Shown here piece by piece: positions 33,837 through 47,705 of a stretch of 64,000 nt of DNA. Under the pieces are notes generated by a model. The model ran no database searches and was not told the origin of the DNA. It worked only from the letters and a program-made list of their open reading frames with translations. The stretch's first letter is position 1. Every line of letters begins with the position of its first letter. A program made the position numbers and the translations under genes. Source of the stretch: Octopus bimaculoides (Eukaryota); assembly GCF_001194135.2 (NCBI RefSeq), contig NC_068982.1:48437686-48501685 (forward strand). Direction: 5' to 3'.

Positions 33837-34032
33837 CCATATTTTCTGGTATACAAGTCTAATTTTTCAGACCAAAATTTACAGTAAAAAAAAAAGTAGG
33901 TCAATTTATACACCAAGACAATTTTGGAGGACTAAAAGTTCCATGTGAAATGCAACACGATTTGGAAAGGTAGTGAAGATGTTTGAATGCTTACACTGTA
34001 TACTATGTCAACTTGTATTGTGGAAAATATAA
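33837..34032 (-). mobile_element. pogo-like MITE, inverted relative to 33211-33404
   Basis: TA-ccatattttctggtatacaagtc terminus. The internal sequence is the reverse complement of unit 1. Confidence 0.7.
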
Positions 34033-34269
34033 TAAGATAAAATAAGCCTGATTCTTTCATCATATACTCTCAAATAGTAGCTGAATAATTATGAATATTT
34101 TGATATATTACCTACAATTAAATATAATACACATTTTCACATAACAATACGAAATTACATTATAAATAATCGTTATCCAATTAATTATATTGGCTGACAA
34201 GTCAAGAGCGATCAATCAGTAAACAGTAACCAGCCACTTTTGTTTATCCCTCACACACACACACACACA

Positions 34270-34420
34270 TCCTATAATAAATCTGAGTGATGTTTCTCTG
34301 CCTCTTACGTTTTTATGTTTGTTAACTCCTCTTAGACTGTTAGTGCAAGGACAACAAAATTCAGACCAGCAACTTCTCTACTCCCAGGAAATGTCCTAAT
34401 GGGGTCTATTTTTTTAAGGA
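34270..34420 (+). mobile_element. Possible Helitron-like 5' fragment
   Basis: A|TCCTATAATAAATCTGAG start followed by tgtttgttaactcctcttagactg. No 3' CTAG end is visible. Confidence 0.3.
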
Positions 34421-34454
34421 CTGTAGATAGTTAGATAGATATACATACATACAC

Positions 34455-34863
34455 ATATCATCATCATTTAATGCCTGTTTTCCATGCTGGCATGGGTTGG
34501 ATGATACATACATACATATATCATCACCATTTAACATCCATTGTCCATGCTGGCATGGGTTGGACGGTTTGACTGGCATGTGTGCCATTTGCATGACACA
34601 TGTATCTGCTATGACTGCGATTTTGTTTGGCTTGATGGGTCTTCTTGTCAAGCATAACATAATGCCAAAGGTCTTGGTCATTGCCTCCGTGAGGCCCAAC
34701 ACTTGAAAGGAGTTCGACCACTTTGCCTCCATGAAGCCCAATGTTCAAAAGGAACTCAGCCATTTCCCCTCCATGAAGCCCATTCGAAAGGAACTTAGTG
34801 ACCTCACCTCCATGAGGCCCAACACTTGAAAGGAACTCAGCCACTTTGCCTCCATGAGGCCCA
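34455..34863 (-). mobile_element. RTE 3' end with a doubled tail and a 42-bp minisatellite
   Basis: Units at 34684, 34726, 34768, 34807 and 34849. VLGLTEAMT is RTE ORF-end similarity. The tail motif occurs twice (34455, 34517). Confidence 0.75.
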
Positions 34864-35380
34864 CATTTTAAAATATATATGGTGAATATTGGTGAAATGA
34901 TGGCACATTATAAAAAAAAACACACTATGTTATAATTATCCACCCAAGTTGTACTGATAATCCCTTGTTACTGTCACCATCAGAAATGCAGTAAACAAGT
35001 GTTTGCTTCTTTGGAAACATGTAACCAACAATACCATTGTTTGCTAAATGCAATAAGATAAAGCAAAATAGAAGAAAATGAGAATTTTCTATTTTTGTTT
35101 TGTCTGTCATTTCATTTTATTTTATTATAGTTGAAATGTAAGTTATTAAAGGGAAACGATCATTAAAGCCATCTGCTTGTGCTTGATAACTGAAGACAAT
35201 TATATACACTGAGTCATCTTATCGTTACATATATATTTTTTTCTTTTGTACCTAAAGTGGTATTATTTCAACAATTAATTTGTACAAAGACTGATAAGTT
35301 ATCAAAGTTCAAACTATGAAATATGAAAAATCTCCGCACAAAAGTGTCAGCTTTTATCTTCATTATTCATTATAGCTTGT

Positions 35381-35419
<39 letters not shown>

Positions 35420-35424
35420 CATAT

Positions 35425-35640
35425 GAATATATTCTTTTACTACTTGTTTCAGTCATTTCACTGCAGCCATGCTGGAGCACCACCTTAAAGGGTTTTGGTC
35501 AAAGAAATCGACCTTGGGACTTATTATTTGTAAGCACAGCACTTATTCTGTTGGTGTCTATTGCTGAACCGCCAAGTTAGGGAGATGCAAGAACACCAGC
35601 ATTGGTTGTCAAGCAATGGTGGAAGGACAAACACAGACAT

Positions 35641-35718
<78 letters not shown>

Positions 35719-36040
35719 GACAGGCTTCTTTCAGTTTCCGTTTGTCAAATCCACTCACAAGGCTCTGGTCGGCCAGAGGCTATAGTAGAAGATGCTTACC
35801 AAAGGTGTCATACAGTGGGACTGAACCTGGAACTATGTGGTTGGGAAGCAAGCTTCTTACCACACAGCTATGACTCGCCACAGTCATGGCTTTGTGTTAA
35901 GGAGTTTGCTTCCCAGCTACATAGTACTGGATTCAGTCCCACAGCAAGTCACCTTGGATAAGTGACTGCTACTATATCTCTGAGCCAACCAAATCTTTGT
36001 GAGTAGCCTTGGTAGATGGAAACTGAAAGAAACTTTAACC
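35425..36040. mobile_element. Head-to-head class A SINEs (- 35425-35870; + 35875-36040)
   Basis: Matches to other class A copies, with an internal (AT)n. Confidence 0.8.
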
Positions 36041-36274
36041 AGAGGTGATTTCTTCTGGAAAAAGAGGAGACAGATGATGAGATGATAGACAGAAGGAAAA
36101 GGAGAGAGGAAGAGAATGGTGATTTATCAAGACTGCAAGGAAGAATGGCAAAGTTGACCTCAGATTGTAGAGAGCAAGAATGAATACCATAAAGCAATTT
36201 ATTGATGTTTTAATTACTTGACCAATTCATTGCTATACTATTCTGATTCTATCCTGCATAATGTGGACTCTTGT

Positions 36275-36550
36275 TATAAATGACAAATGTGGGTTGAACA
36301 ACCTGCACAAATCATTTGTTTACTGTGATCAAATGTTTGTAATTTACACTAGCTCACTCTCTCCATCAAATCAACATTGTCTGTTAAGGTGTACAAGTGT
36401 GCCACGCGACATGTCAAAGTTATCACTGAGTAACATGAAATGAAATGTTTTCCTCAAGAACACAAGACTGAACCCAATCCAGGAATTGAAACCATGATGT
36501 CACAATCACGAGTGCAACATTCTACCCATTGCTCCACATGCTTTCACTGC
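36275..36550 (-). mobile_element. Class B SINE with another tail type (also 15130-15222)
   Basis: Central domain plus a ...gatggagagagtgagctagtg...tgcaggttgttc tail. Confidence 0.6.
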
Positions 36551-37164
36551 TTTGACTATAATGTACTGAATATAGACAGTCTCAGACATAGAAAAGACTC
36601 AAATCCAGGAAATATTCAGGTGAAGTTATAAAACTTTACTTATTTCCTTCATTCATTCATCAATTAATTAAATAACTGGCAAAGACTGCTGATATATAAT
36701 GTCTTTTACTAAATTAAAATTTGAATCAATATTTGATAGCAGACAATGTCTTCCTATTCTGTGTTTATTCAATGGTGTACGCCAAAATTTTATACTCTAC
36801 TGGCCATAATCTTCTTGATGCTGATGATGGCATATCTCTTTCATTTGCCGCCAATGGCTCTTAGGGTCTGTACGCATACATACATGTGCACATGCATGCG
36901 TCTATGTTACTCTTTCCTTACCTTGACATTGCATGATAGTTGCAAGCATCACCATCATACATACAAACCATGTCCCCTTTCTTTTCAGTTTTCAAAGACC
37001 TAACTTAGAAACAGGTAAGGGTTTGTGATAGGAAGGGCATCCAGCCATAAAAAAAATCTACCTCAATAAATTCAATCCAGCGCATATAAACAAGGAAAAG
37101 TAGACATTAAATGATGGTGATGATGGTGATATTTGGGGTACTAGGAAACCAGGGCTATATCTCT

Positions 37165-37580
37165 TATATCTTTTATTTGTTTCAGTCATTAGATTGCAGC
37201 CATGCTGGGGCACCACCTTGAAGAATTTTTAGTCAAATGTATCAACTCTGCTACTTATTTTCTTAAAAGCCTGGTACTTATTTTATCGGTCTCTTTTGCC
37301 AAACCACCAAGTTATGGGGATGTAAACACACTAGAACCGGTTGTCAAGTGGCATGGAGGGACTAACACGGATACACGCACACACACACAGACACACACGT
37401 ACACGTATACATAGATACATGTGACAGACTTCAATTACTGTCTACCAAATCCACTCACAAGACTTTGCTCAGCCTGGGGCTATAGTAGAAGAAACTTGCT
37501 CAAGGTCTCATGCAGAGGGACTGAACCTGAGACAGTGTGGTTTGGAAGTAAGCTTCATACCACACAGCTATGCCTGTGCC
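37165..37580 (-). mobile_element. Class A SINE
   Basis: Near full-length reverse-complement copy. Confidence 0.8.
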
Positions 37581-37870
37581 TCTGTGTAATAATCTATACT
37601 TCTAAGAAGCGTTGTTATCAGTACCAGGCTTTTAAGAAAATAAATACCGGAATTGATACATTTGACTAAAACATTATTATTACTGCTATTATTCATTAAC
37701 TGAGAACATGTTTTAGGATGCAACCTGATGACTAACAACATGTGAATGCCAGACAGTGTGTTATGAAGGATTTACTACTGTATGTCATGATCCTCAGTAA
37801 TATCTATTCCTGTGTTTGAGAGAGGTTTATAACTTGGTACAATGCAAGATTTGACAAACAGAGCTGCATA

Positions 37871-38391
37871 CCATATTTTTGGATATACAGGTCGATGTAA
37901 AATGTAGTGCAAATACATAGTGTAGGGGTCCAAACATCATCACTATCACTTCAAATCCTGCTGTATTTCATATGGAATTATTGATCCACAAAAATCGTCT
38001 TGGTGTATAAAGTAACTTATCTTTTGTAAATTTTGGTCTGGAAAATTTGACTTGTGGTTGTCTTGGGTAGAGATATATAATCTTGTCTATATAATATTGG
38101 GTGCAGATATATATTGTTGCATATGTAGTGATGAATGTAGATTAAATTCTGGAAATTCTCATCCTGTGTTCACCTCTTGAAACAAACAACACATTTTCCA
38201 GCATAAAAGTTGATGTAGTGTATGTGGTTAACATGTAGTGTAAATATTCATACAATGTCACAATCTTTCCAAATCCTGCTGCATTTCACATGAAATTTTT
38301 TGTCCACAAAAATTTTCTGGGTGTATAGATTGATGTACCTTTTTTGGCTGTAAATTTTGGTGTGGAAAATTTGACTTGTGAGAAAATATTG
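37871..38391 (+). mobile_element. Second pogo-like MITE - spacer - MITE composite
   Basis: TA-ccatatttttggatatacag start and gacttgtgagaaaatattg-TA end. The spacer is homologous to 33420-33555. Confidence 0.7.
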
Positions 38392-38504
38392 TAATTTTTG
38401 CCATTGTTATTCATGACGTTTCATTTTAGAGTGAAATAATTGTAATTTTATCTCATTGTACATACAATATCCTACTAATTATCATCATTATATGTTTGAC
38501 AGAG

Positions 38505-38835
38505 TGAAGGCACATGACTCAGTGGTTAGAATGTCAGGGTTACAATCATGAGGTTGTGAGTTCAATTCTTGGACTGGGCTGTGTGTTGTGTTCTTGAGCA
38601 AAACATTTATTTTATGTTGCCCCAATTCACTCAGCTGTAGAAATGAGTTGTGATGTCAGGGTACCAAACAGTATCAGCTTCTGCATTTCCCTTGGACAAC
38701 ATTGGTGGCATGAAGAGGGGAGACTGGTATGCATGGGCGATTGCCGGTCTTCTATAAAGAATCTTACCCGGACTTGTGCCTCAGAGGGTAACTTTCTAGG
38801 TGCAATCTCATGGTCATTCATGACTAGAGGGGATC
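38505..38835 (+). mobile_element. Full-length class B SINE with tail type ii
   Basis: Head, central domain and ...ctttctaggtgcaatctcatggtcattcatgac tail. Confidence 0.85.
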
Positions 38836-39816
38836 TTTACAAATGTTTGATAAAAGCAGTCTTCAGATTCTTCTCAGGCATCTTTTGTGCTCTAATATAA
38901 ATTTGGAAACTGGAACAAAAAACAGGTTGCAAGGAGATTAGGAAATTAACCTTTAAATATTACCATCACTATTTNNNNNNNNNNCTGAATGTAGCCTGTC
39001 ATATATATATTTATATATATATGTTTATATCTGTGTGTGTGTCTTTGTGTCTGTGTCTGTCCCTCCCATCATTGCTTCGACAACTGGTGCTAGTGTGTTT
39101 ACATCCCTGTAACTTAGCGGTTCCACAAAAGAGACCGATAAAATAATTACTAGGCTTACAAAATAAGCCCTGGGGTCAAGATAGTGCTCCAGTATAACCG
39201 CACCCAAATGATTGAAACAAGTAGAATAAAAGAATAAAGAATAAAGCTAAAGCCTGAATTTTCTGAATTATAATACGTTTACATATGTGGAAATTTCACG
39301 TTAATGTTTAGAAAGCTGATACATAAAATCCCAACAGAGTTCTTTATTAATAGCTGCATGAACAGTGAATACATGAGGATTGTACATTGAGGTAGACGTT
39401 TTGAAACATGGCTGATTAATAACTATTTATAAAATATCGTTTTCAGAAAGCTGTAAATTATTAGCTTAGAATCATCAATTATTATTTCCTTATTTGCTTG
39501 CTTGCAAACATGGCTTATGTAAACTGAAAATTGATATGAAAAAAATGTAAAATATATACATAAATATATATATGTGTGTGTGTGTGTGTGTGTNNNNNNN
39601 NNNNNNNNNNNNNNNNNNNNNNNNNNNNNNNNNNNNNNNNNNNNNNNNNNNNNNNNNNNNNNNNNNNNNNNNNNNNNNNNNNNNNNNNNNNNNNNNNNNN
39701 NNNNNNNNNNNNNNNNNNNNNNNNNNNNNNNNNNNNNNNNNNNNNNNNNNNNNNNNNNNNNNNNNNNNNNNNNNNNNNNNNNNNNNNNNNNNNNNNNNNN
39801 NNNNNNNNNNNNNNNN

Positions 39817-39851
<35 letters not shown>

Positions 39852-40189
39852 GATGTATACAGTTTCTGTCTACCAAATCCACTCACAAAGAATTGGCTGG
39901 CCCAACGTTATAGTAGAAGACACTTGCCCAAGGTGCCACACAGTGGGACCCGGAACCATGTGGCTGGTAAGCAACCTACTTACCACATAGCTACTCCTGT
40001 GCCTTAAATGAAAGTGATGCATTGGCATATATGTATATACATACACATATATATACATAAATACATATTTATGTACACACATACATGCATATATACATAC
40101 ATGAATACATATATATACATACATATAAATATACATAGTAATATTCTCTTGGTTGTGATGAAAATAAAGCCTTAACTTCTTATAAAATC

Positions 40190-40400
40190 CTACTTCACAT
40201 GCTATTCCTATCAAATGTCTCTTATTTTGTCTGAGAAGTTCAGCATCCTCATATATTACCTGGCTACTTCATCCTACTTCTTGTATGGCCTTCTTGAGTC
40301 AGGCATACTGACCTTCCTATTTGCATAATTACTTCATGATTCTTTCCTCACTACTTTGACTAAGTATGAGGAGGCTGTGTTTCATAGATTAAGTCATAAT
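40190..40400 (-). mobile_element. Old RTE ORF 3' remnant
   Basis: RRPYKK*DEVAR*YMRMLNF resembles GRPRKTWDEVVR-DL. Confidence 0.45.
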
Positions 40401-40633
40401 ATCAAAATAGTCTAGTAAGAACAAGATTAGACATTGGCTCAGGTTTTTATGCACTACTGAATTATATGTCTAGCTAGGTTCTTTTTTTATGTTCCCTACT
40501 CCAGTGAAGGTAGAACATTTAAGGAGTAGCTTCTTTCTCAAACTGTCAGAGATTCTGCTGCATCTGTTATGTACATATCATTTGCATATAGATGAGTGCT
40601 ATATATATATATATATATATATATATAGGCAAA

Positions 40634-40800
40634 CAGTAATCCCTTGCCATATCATGGTTCGTCTATTGTGCACTCAGTACATTGCAGTTCACTTATCGCA
40701 TGCTCGGTACACCTATAGCATGCTCAGTACATCATGGATTTTTCTGGCTAATATATGTAAATTTATATTGTAGGCTTCTCACTATATCGTGGATTTCTAT
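40634..40800 (+). mobile_element. Left end of a longer relative of the 4463-4543 MITE, cut by a gap
   Basis: CAGTAATCCCTTGCCATATCATGGTT terminus and internal tandem tatcgcatgctcagtaca-like units. Confidence 0.65.
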
Positions 40801-40901
40801 NNNNNNNNNNNNNNNNNNNNNNNNNNNNNNNNNNNNNNNNNNNNNNNNNNNNNNNNNNNNNNNNNNNNNNNNNNNNNNNNNATACACACATACATACATA
40901 T

Positions 40902-40947
<46 letters not shown>

Positions 40948-41819
40948 TATCATCATCCAGTGTTTTAAATCTGGGTTTTTTCCCTGTTAATGGATCTACC
41001 TCAATGCCATACCAACCGAGGTAGGTAGATGCAGCCGACCCCAACCTTTGGGCTGGCTGGTGCTCATTCTCCTTTGCTATCATGAGGCTGTTTTGGAGCT
41101 GGATTTTCTATGGGGAGCATGTTCTTGCTTACCCCTAATCTCAGTTTCTAGACATGAGTGGTCCCAAGACCAAGGCCTCTACCATGAATTTTTAAGAAAT
41201 GTAGTGGAAAACTAGCAAAGAAAGGCAGGGACGCTACTCCCTGAGACCCCTTTTGGAGCCCCACTACCAACATATGTACCCACTTACACATGTACTTACT
41301 GATGTAAATATGGATTTGTTCCTCCAGTTATGCACTCATTCACAAGTACTGACTGAATACACAATGTATATACAAAGTCACACAGGAGTAGACTCATATA
41401 TGTATATGTGTGTACATGCGTGTGCATGTGTGTGTGTACATGCGCAGAGAGAGAGAGGGGGGAGAGCGAATTGGCAGGAGTATTATAATATATGTATATA
41501 GTATTTCTGCCAATTCTCTTTTATAAAATCTAGCAGAGTATATTCCAGAAGGCACTGAAATTTTCTCCCCTCTATTTATTGTTAATACCTTGCCTAAAGT
41601 ACCACACAGTGGGACTGAGCCTGAAGCTGAGCCATATGGTAGGAAAACAAACTTTTCACCACACAACCACACTTCCCATGTCACCAGATAAAGTTCTAAA
41701 GGCAACAAATCTACAAGAGCTTACAATAAACATCAATGAATTAAGCAGAACTTTGGTAAATGCCTATCTGTACATCAAATTATTAGCAAAATTTGCTGCC
41801 AATCCTTAGTTTCTATTCT

Positions 41820-42048
41820 TTTAGTTTTTGATTTGTTTCAGTCATTTGGCTGCGGCCATGCTGGAGCACCTCCTTAAAGGGTTCTTTTAGCCAAAGAAAT
41901 CGATCCCAGAACTTATTCTTTGTAAGCCTAACACTTATTCTATCAGTCTTCTTTGCTGAACTGCTAAGTTATGGGGGCATAAACACACCAGCATCGGGTG
42001 TCAAGTGAGGGTGAGGGACAAACACAGACACAAAGACACACGCATAAA

Positions 42049-42083
<35 letters not shown>

Positions 42084-42235
42084 GTATGACAGGCTTCTCT
42101 AAGTTTCTGTCTTCCAGATCCACTCACAAGATTTTGATTGGCCTGAGGCTATAGCAGAAGACACTTGCCAAAGGTGCAATGTGATGGGACTGAACTCAGA
42201 ACCATGTGGCTGGGAAGCATGCCTCTTACCATACC
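41820..42235 (-). mobile_element. Class A SINE with internal (CATA)n
   Basis: Near full-length reverse-complement copy. Confidence 0.85.
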
Positions 42236-43719
42236 ACTCCTAGCACACTCTCAAACCAATTATTCATCCCTAATTTTCTCAGCACTCACTATGTTATATA
42301 TCAAATAGCATCTCAAATATTGTTAATGCAAGAGTGACTACCAGCATGTACATATGTCTATACCTCAGCACATATCAACAACAACTGAAAGTTATTAATT
42401 GAAATCAATAATGGCAGGAAATAAATTCTATAAAAAAAATAACGCATTTTTAAACCTATAATTCAAAACGTGAAACAAAACCAAACAATTAATAGTGGTA
42501 AGTCCCTTTAATTAAATAACAGTGAATTACTACAATTAGTCACTGCGAAATGTACTATAACGATATACTACTTTATAGATTATTAACAAAACTGAAAACT
42601 ATTGAGCAAGTCAGTGATGATGATGATCTGTAAACTGAACTATTGATCCAAATAAATGTTTCATCGTGAATTTATGCAAACATGATCAATATATGATTAT
42701 AAGAGTTTACAGTAGGTCATTTCCCCTGATTGATTCCAGGTGTTTTTCAAAATAAACGATGCAATTTTTTTTTTTGTAACTTTTATGTTTAAAATCAGTT
42801 GTGTAATGAGATAATTACTTTTGATAGTGTGAAGTCAGAATTTTATAATACAATTGTGTGTCAGTTTCAGAAAAAAATAATTCATATTTCGTAAATTTAA
42901 TTTTCTATTTTTCCTTTTTTTTTTTTTTTTTTTTNNNNNNNNNNTTTTTTTTTTTTTTTTGTTTTCTAAAAAGACTATTCTGTTTCAATGTTAATGGTAT
43001 TTGTTTCATAAATCATATTTGTTATAAAATGTCTTGAAATTTAAAGCCATACAAAGTGCAGTAGGTCAACTGTAAATGAAGATACTGTTAAACTTCACAG
43101 CTGAATAATTTAAGCAGTTTATTTGATAAAGTGAAAAATTTTACTTGTAGCTTTTGATCCTTATTTTTTACATTATTTACTTATTTATTTATTTTTACCT
43201 CACATGCTATACAGAAATATCAATGTGTTTTCCAGTTTATATAATTAATCAAAACAAAATTGATATCCTGAGAAAATTTAATATCTCAAATATTGCTTAT
43301 GCAAGCATGAATACCTGCATGCACTCACGTCAATAAGTCAACACAAAATTTATGTTTAATTTTCAAGATTTACCAAAATACCAAACAAAATCAATTAAAA
43401 ATCCTCAAGTGGTAGTGATAATGGAAAAAGACTGCATTATAGTAACTGTGTATATTATATATTACTGTATTTCAAACTTAAATATATATAGAGGGGGTTA
43501 AATGAGTGCAAATAAATTTCATTAGAAATCATTTACAATTTTTATGTAAAAAAATGTATATATATTTTATAGACATATATGTAGTATATTATATATATGG
43601 TCAGCTATTTAGACAATCAAATTAAAAGACATTAAAATATTTGTAAGAATAGAAAACAAGGATCTTAATGATATTTCAAGATTTTATCATTATGCTCTAC
43701 AACTGTATCAGATGTGAAC

Positions 43720-43940
43720 ATTATTTATTTCTTTATTGCCCACAGGGGGCTAAACATAGAGGGAACAAACAAGGACAGACAAAGGGATTAAGTCGATTAT
43801 ATCGACCGCAGTGCATAACTGGTACTTATTTAATCAACCCTGAAAGGATGACAGTAAAAGTCAACCTTGGTGGAATTTGAACTCATAATGTAACAGCAGA
43901 CAAAATACCACTAAGCATTTCACCTGGCATGCTAATGGTT
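43720..43940 (-). mobile_element. Class C SINE variant with ttgtttgtccttgtttgttccctc tail
   Basis: Same variant as 52180-52380. Confidence 0.8.
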
Positions 43941-44289
43941 CTTCCAGCTTGCTGCCATAAATGTAAACATTATTAACCATACAAACATAAGAATTATGGA
44001 ATATTTAAATCTAAACACTGTTCCTGTTTCATAATACCTTCCTGATTTACTCAGCTCATTCAAACTAATTATGTATTAATTACATATTAAATACATAACG
44101 ATTATATGGTTAACAATGTTTGTGGTTAAGCCATAAAAATCCCTGTATCCCAGTGAAACAAAAGTTTTAAATATTGAGATGTTTGTTTTCTGTTCTCAAT
44201 ATTCTACTCTGATCATTCATTTTAGCCAAGTTAAACTCTATGCAAACTTATTCCTGCTGTCATAGAACAATAACAAAAAAAGATCATGA

Positions 44290-44800
44290 ACTAACAACAT
44301 GATTCAGGGCAGTAGGAACAATCTTATAATCACTCATTACAATATGGAAAGACAGAACTCTTAACAAGAACATCAAATTAAAGCTCCTGAAGACAGTAGT
44401 TTGGAATGTTGCACTGTACAAATGTGAAAGCTGGACCCCCAGGGCAAATGACACTGCCAAACTCAAAGCATTTGAAAAAAAGTGTGACCAAAGAGTTATG
44501 AGGATCAGTTGGACTGTCCATTGAACAAATGAGTTAGTATCTGCGGAGATGAGAACAAAATGAGAAATTTTGACAACTGTCAGGAAGAGAAAGCTGCAGT
44601 ATTTTGGGCAGGTCATCATGGCTGAACTTCAGCAACTACATCGTTAGGAGAAGAGTCAATGGAAAAGTAACAAGAGGGAGTTCAAGAAGATGCTGGATGG
44701 ACAACATCACAGAATAGACTGAAAGACTTCCAGCTGAATGCATAACCATAGCTGGAACAAGAAATCAATGGAGAAAGATATAGCATGCTTCCATGGTCCA
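44290..44800 (+). mobile_element. RTE-clade (BovB-like) LINE 3' remnant
   Basis: IWKDRTLNKNIKLKLLKTVVWNVALYKCESWT...RVMRISWT...RKRKLQYFGQV. Confidence 0.8.
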
Positions 44801-45354
44801 CGGGAAAAGATAAGACAGTCTATTGGAGAATAAAGATATGTTCATGAATAGAGCTCTTAAGTTCAGTGGGTACACTTTTGTAGTACTGATACACTAATTC
44901 AGTATATTACATATACATCAAGAAAGATGTAAAAATGAATCATAGTTAACAAACAGCATTTTTATCTTCATTACTGTTATCAGTCACTATTTCAGTTTTG
45001 TTTTTTCACATCAATAGTTATCTACATATTAGTAAATTCATTGGTAGCGTGTATAAAGTGAGACATGCATGGATAAATTGTAAATAAATTTACATATATG
45101 TACATTTAATAAACTTATACTTATTTGGTATTTGATATCAAAAATGTTCATTGCACCAACTGCAACCTGATCAGTGACATAATTCCACTGCATCTGTATC
45201 ATATATGTGGTTATCGACACATTTGGTAGGAGTTACATATATTATTTAATAGCAGTCTTATTTAGCTCCTTGCAACTTGAAAATTCATCAGGTTTCTTTG
45301 ATGAGTTTATGCAACTTGAAGTTGCAGCTTGGAGCCAAATCAGACTGTTATTAA

Positions 45355-45429
<75 letters not shown>

Positions 45430-45739
45430 NNNNNNNNNNNNNNNNNNNNNNNNNNNNNNNNNNNNNNNNNNNNNNNNNNNNNNNNNNNNNNNNNNNNNNN
45501 NNNNNNNNNNNNNNNNNNNNNNNNNNNNNNNNNNNNNNNNNNNNNNNNNNNNNNNNNNNNNNNNNNNNNNNNNNNNNNNNNAATTTCTATCTTTATCACT
45601 TCTTTTACCTATACTGCCATCACCTTTGTTATTTCTATTTTCATCTTTATACCTACAACAGTTTTAACAACGTTGGCACATTTATTAAAATATGAAAAGC
45701 ACATGAGATATCAATGAAAAATTAAGCTTGTGAACTTAC

Positions 45740-45820
45740 TTGGTGGAAAAGATGCAACTCTACTTGTTCGCAAAGGAAGATGCATGGGTAAGAAATAGAA
45801 CTCCATATCTTATGTATCAA
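45740..45820 (-). CDS. Candidate exon (LIHKIWSSISYPCIFLCEQVELHLFHQ), protein unknown
   Basis: Acceptor ttcttgtcattgtgcAG, donor CAA|GTAAGT, 81 nt, phase 0-0. It overlaps a competing plus-strand candidate. Confidence 0.2.
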
Positions 45821-47121
45821 CTGCACAATGACAAGAAGATAACTTCTAGCGTTCCAGCAGTATGCATAGACCTTTTGCTATAACTTCTTGTGAGGTTCCA
45901 AGTAAAATTTCCTTTTGTTTATTGAAAATTTCATTTCTTTTTTTTTTATTTTTTTACACAATTTAAAAAATCAATAGATGAACTTATTATATACATATGA
46001 CTTCATAGAATTTCCACTAGATCTTTGTGATTGCTTTTTTTACTTTGGCTTCAAACGTTTGGCCTTCTCGTATTGTTCGTCTTTGTAAAAGTTGATGAAA
46101 TTTATCTCAAAATGGAAAGTTTGGTGTATTTATGTATTTTTTTTAAAGCAAGGTCGAAACAATCTTCACAGAGTAAACAATTTTAAAAACAGAAGTTAAG
46201 ACCTGGTTTCTCTTTCCAAACATTGAAGTTGTTTACTAATCTCTAGGCAGGTTAAATTTGCTTTGTTTTGTTTGTTTTTTAATATTTCAATGGTTTCAAA
46301 GACAGCTATAAAAATAAATTGTGAAGTACATATCTTACTTTGTAAATTTAGCAAAGTGTAGTCTTCTCTTCCTTTGTGTTTACTTGTGGGTATTACTTTG
46401 TTAGCGTGTAAAATCCTTTGAAGATATGATAAATTTTTATAAAAACCTGTCCATGTTGCCCAATTCATTCCTTTTTTGCATTCAATCAGTAATTTCTGTT
46501 ATAATGATATGTTTTCTTATGTGACTAGGTCTTCCGAAATGAAAAGAAATAAGCAAAGCTATTAGAAAAGAGTGATTGAATACAGAAGAAAAAAAAAGAA
46601 AAAGGAAAAACACTGCCTATTTATTTTACGACTAGATTTTAACCTGATCTGATGGTCATTGTACATCCTTGTACCACCCACCTATAGCACTACAAGATAT
46701 GATATCACAATCATCATATTAAAGCCACGAGCTTATCTAGAATTTGTTTCATTGTTATTATATTTTGAAAGCATGGCAAACATTGTTTGTTTGTTTGTTT
46801 TTTTTTTGTTTTTTTTTGTTTTTGTTTTTGAAAAAATATATATATATTTATCAGACTTTCATAGAGTCTGAAATGATTTTTTATATATCTTATTTTAATG
46901 CAGTGAAATATAAATGATATCAGATCAAGAATTCAAAGAATAATCTAATAACTTTATTTCAAAAAATAACTTAACTTTCACTTGAAAAGAAAAAAAAAAA
47001 GTGTTGTTAAAGATATTTTCTGTGGGTGTTTTGATTTAATTCATTTATTCTAAGTTTATTCCCTTTGTTTACTACATTTACATCTAACAGTGGAAAGAAT
47101 TTGCTACTTGTTACTCTTCTA

Positions 47122-47158
<37 letters not shown>

Positions 47159-47384
47159 CACACATATATATATATACATACATGCATATAGATATTATGA
47201 ATATTAGTATATTCTAGTGGAATGTATAGCAAACAGTTCTTCTTGGATTAAAAATTTCGTTTTTTAAAAAAACTATATGTTCTACTTAACATTTTACAGT
47301 CTGTTTCCAAACTTTCTAACATATTTAGATGAACTGTGATTGTTTAAGTAATACTTACACTAGTATGTATGTATATATATGTAA

Positions 47385-47545
47385 AAGCACCCACTACACT
47401 CTCGGAGTGGTTGGCGTTAGGAAGGGCATCCAGCTGTAGAAATTTTGCGAGGTCAGATTGGAGCCTGGTGCAGCCTTCTGGCTCGCCAGTCCTCAGTCAA
47501 ACTGTCCAACCCATGCCAACATGGAAAGAGGATGTTAAACAACGA
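47385..47545 (+). mobile_element. RTE-tail SINE without the minisatellite expansion
   Basis: A single aaaagcacccac unit followed by the RTE-type tail. Confidence 0.8.
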
Positions 47546-47670
47546 GAGTATGTATCTGTCTATTCAGCTATTTACCTATCATTTATCACTTATATCATCT
47601 ATCACTTATACATCTAGCTATCTACATATTGGTCTATCTGTCTGTCTATAAATCTACCTATGTCTGTCTG

Positions 47671-47705
<35 letters not shown>

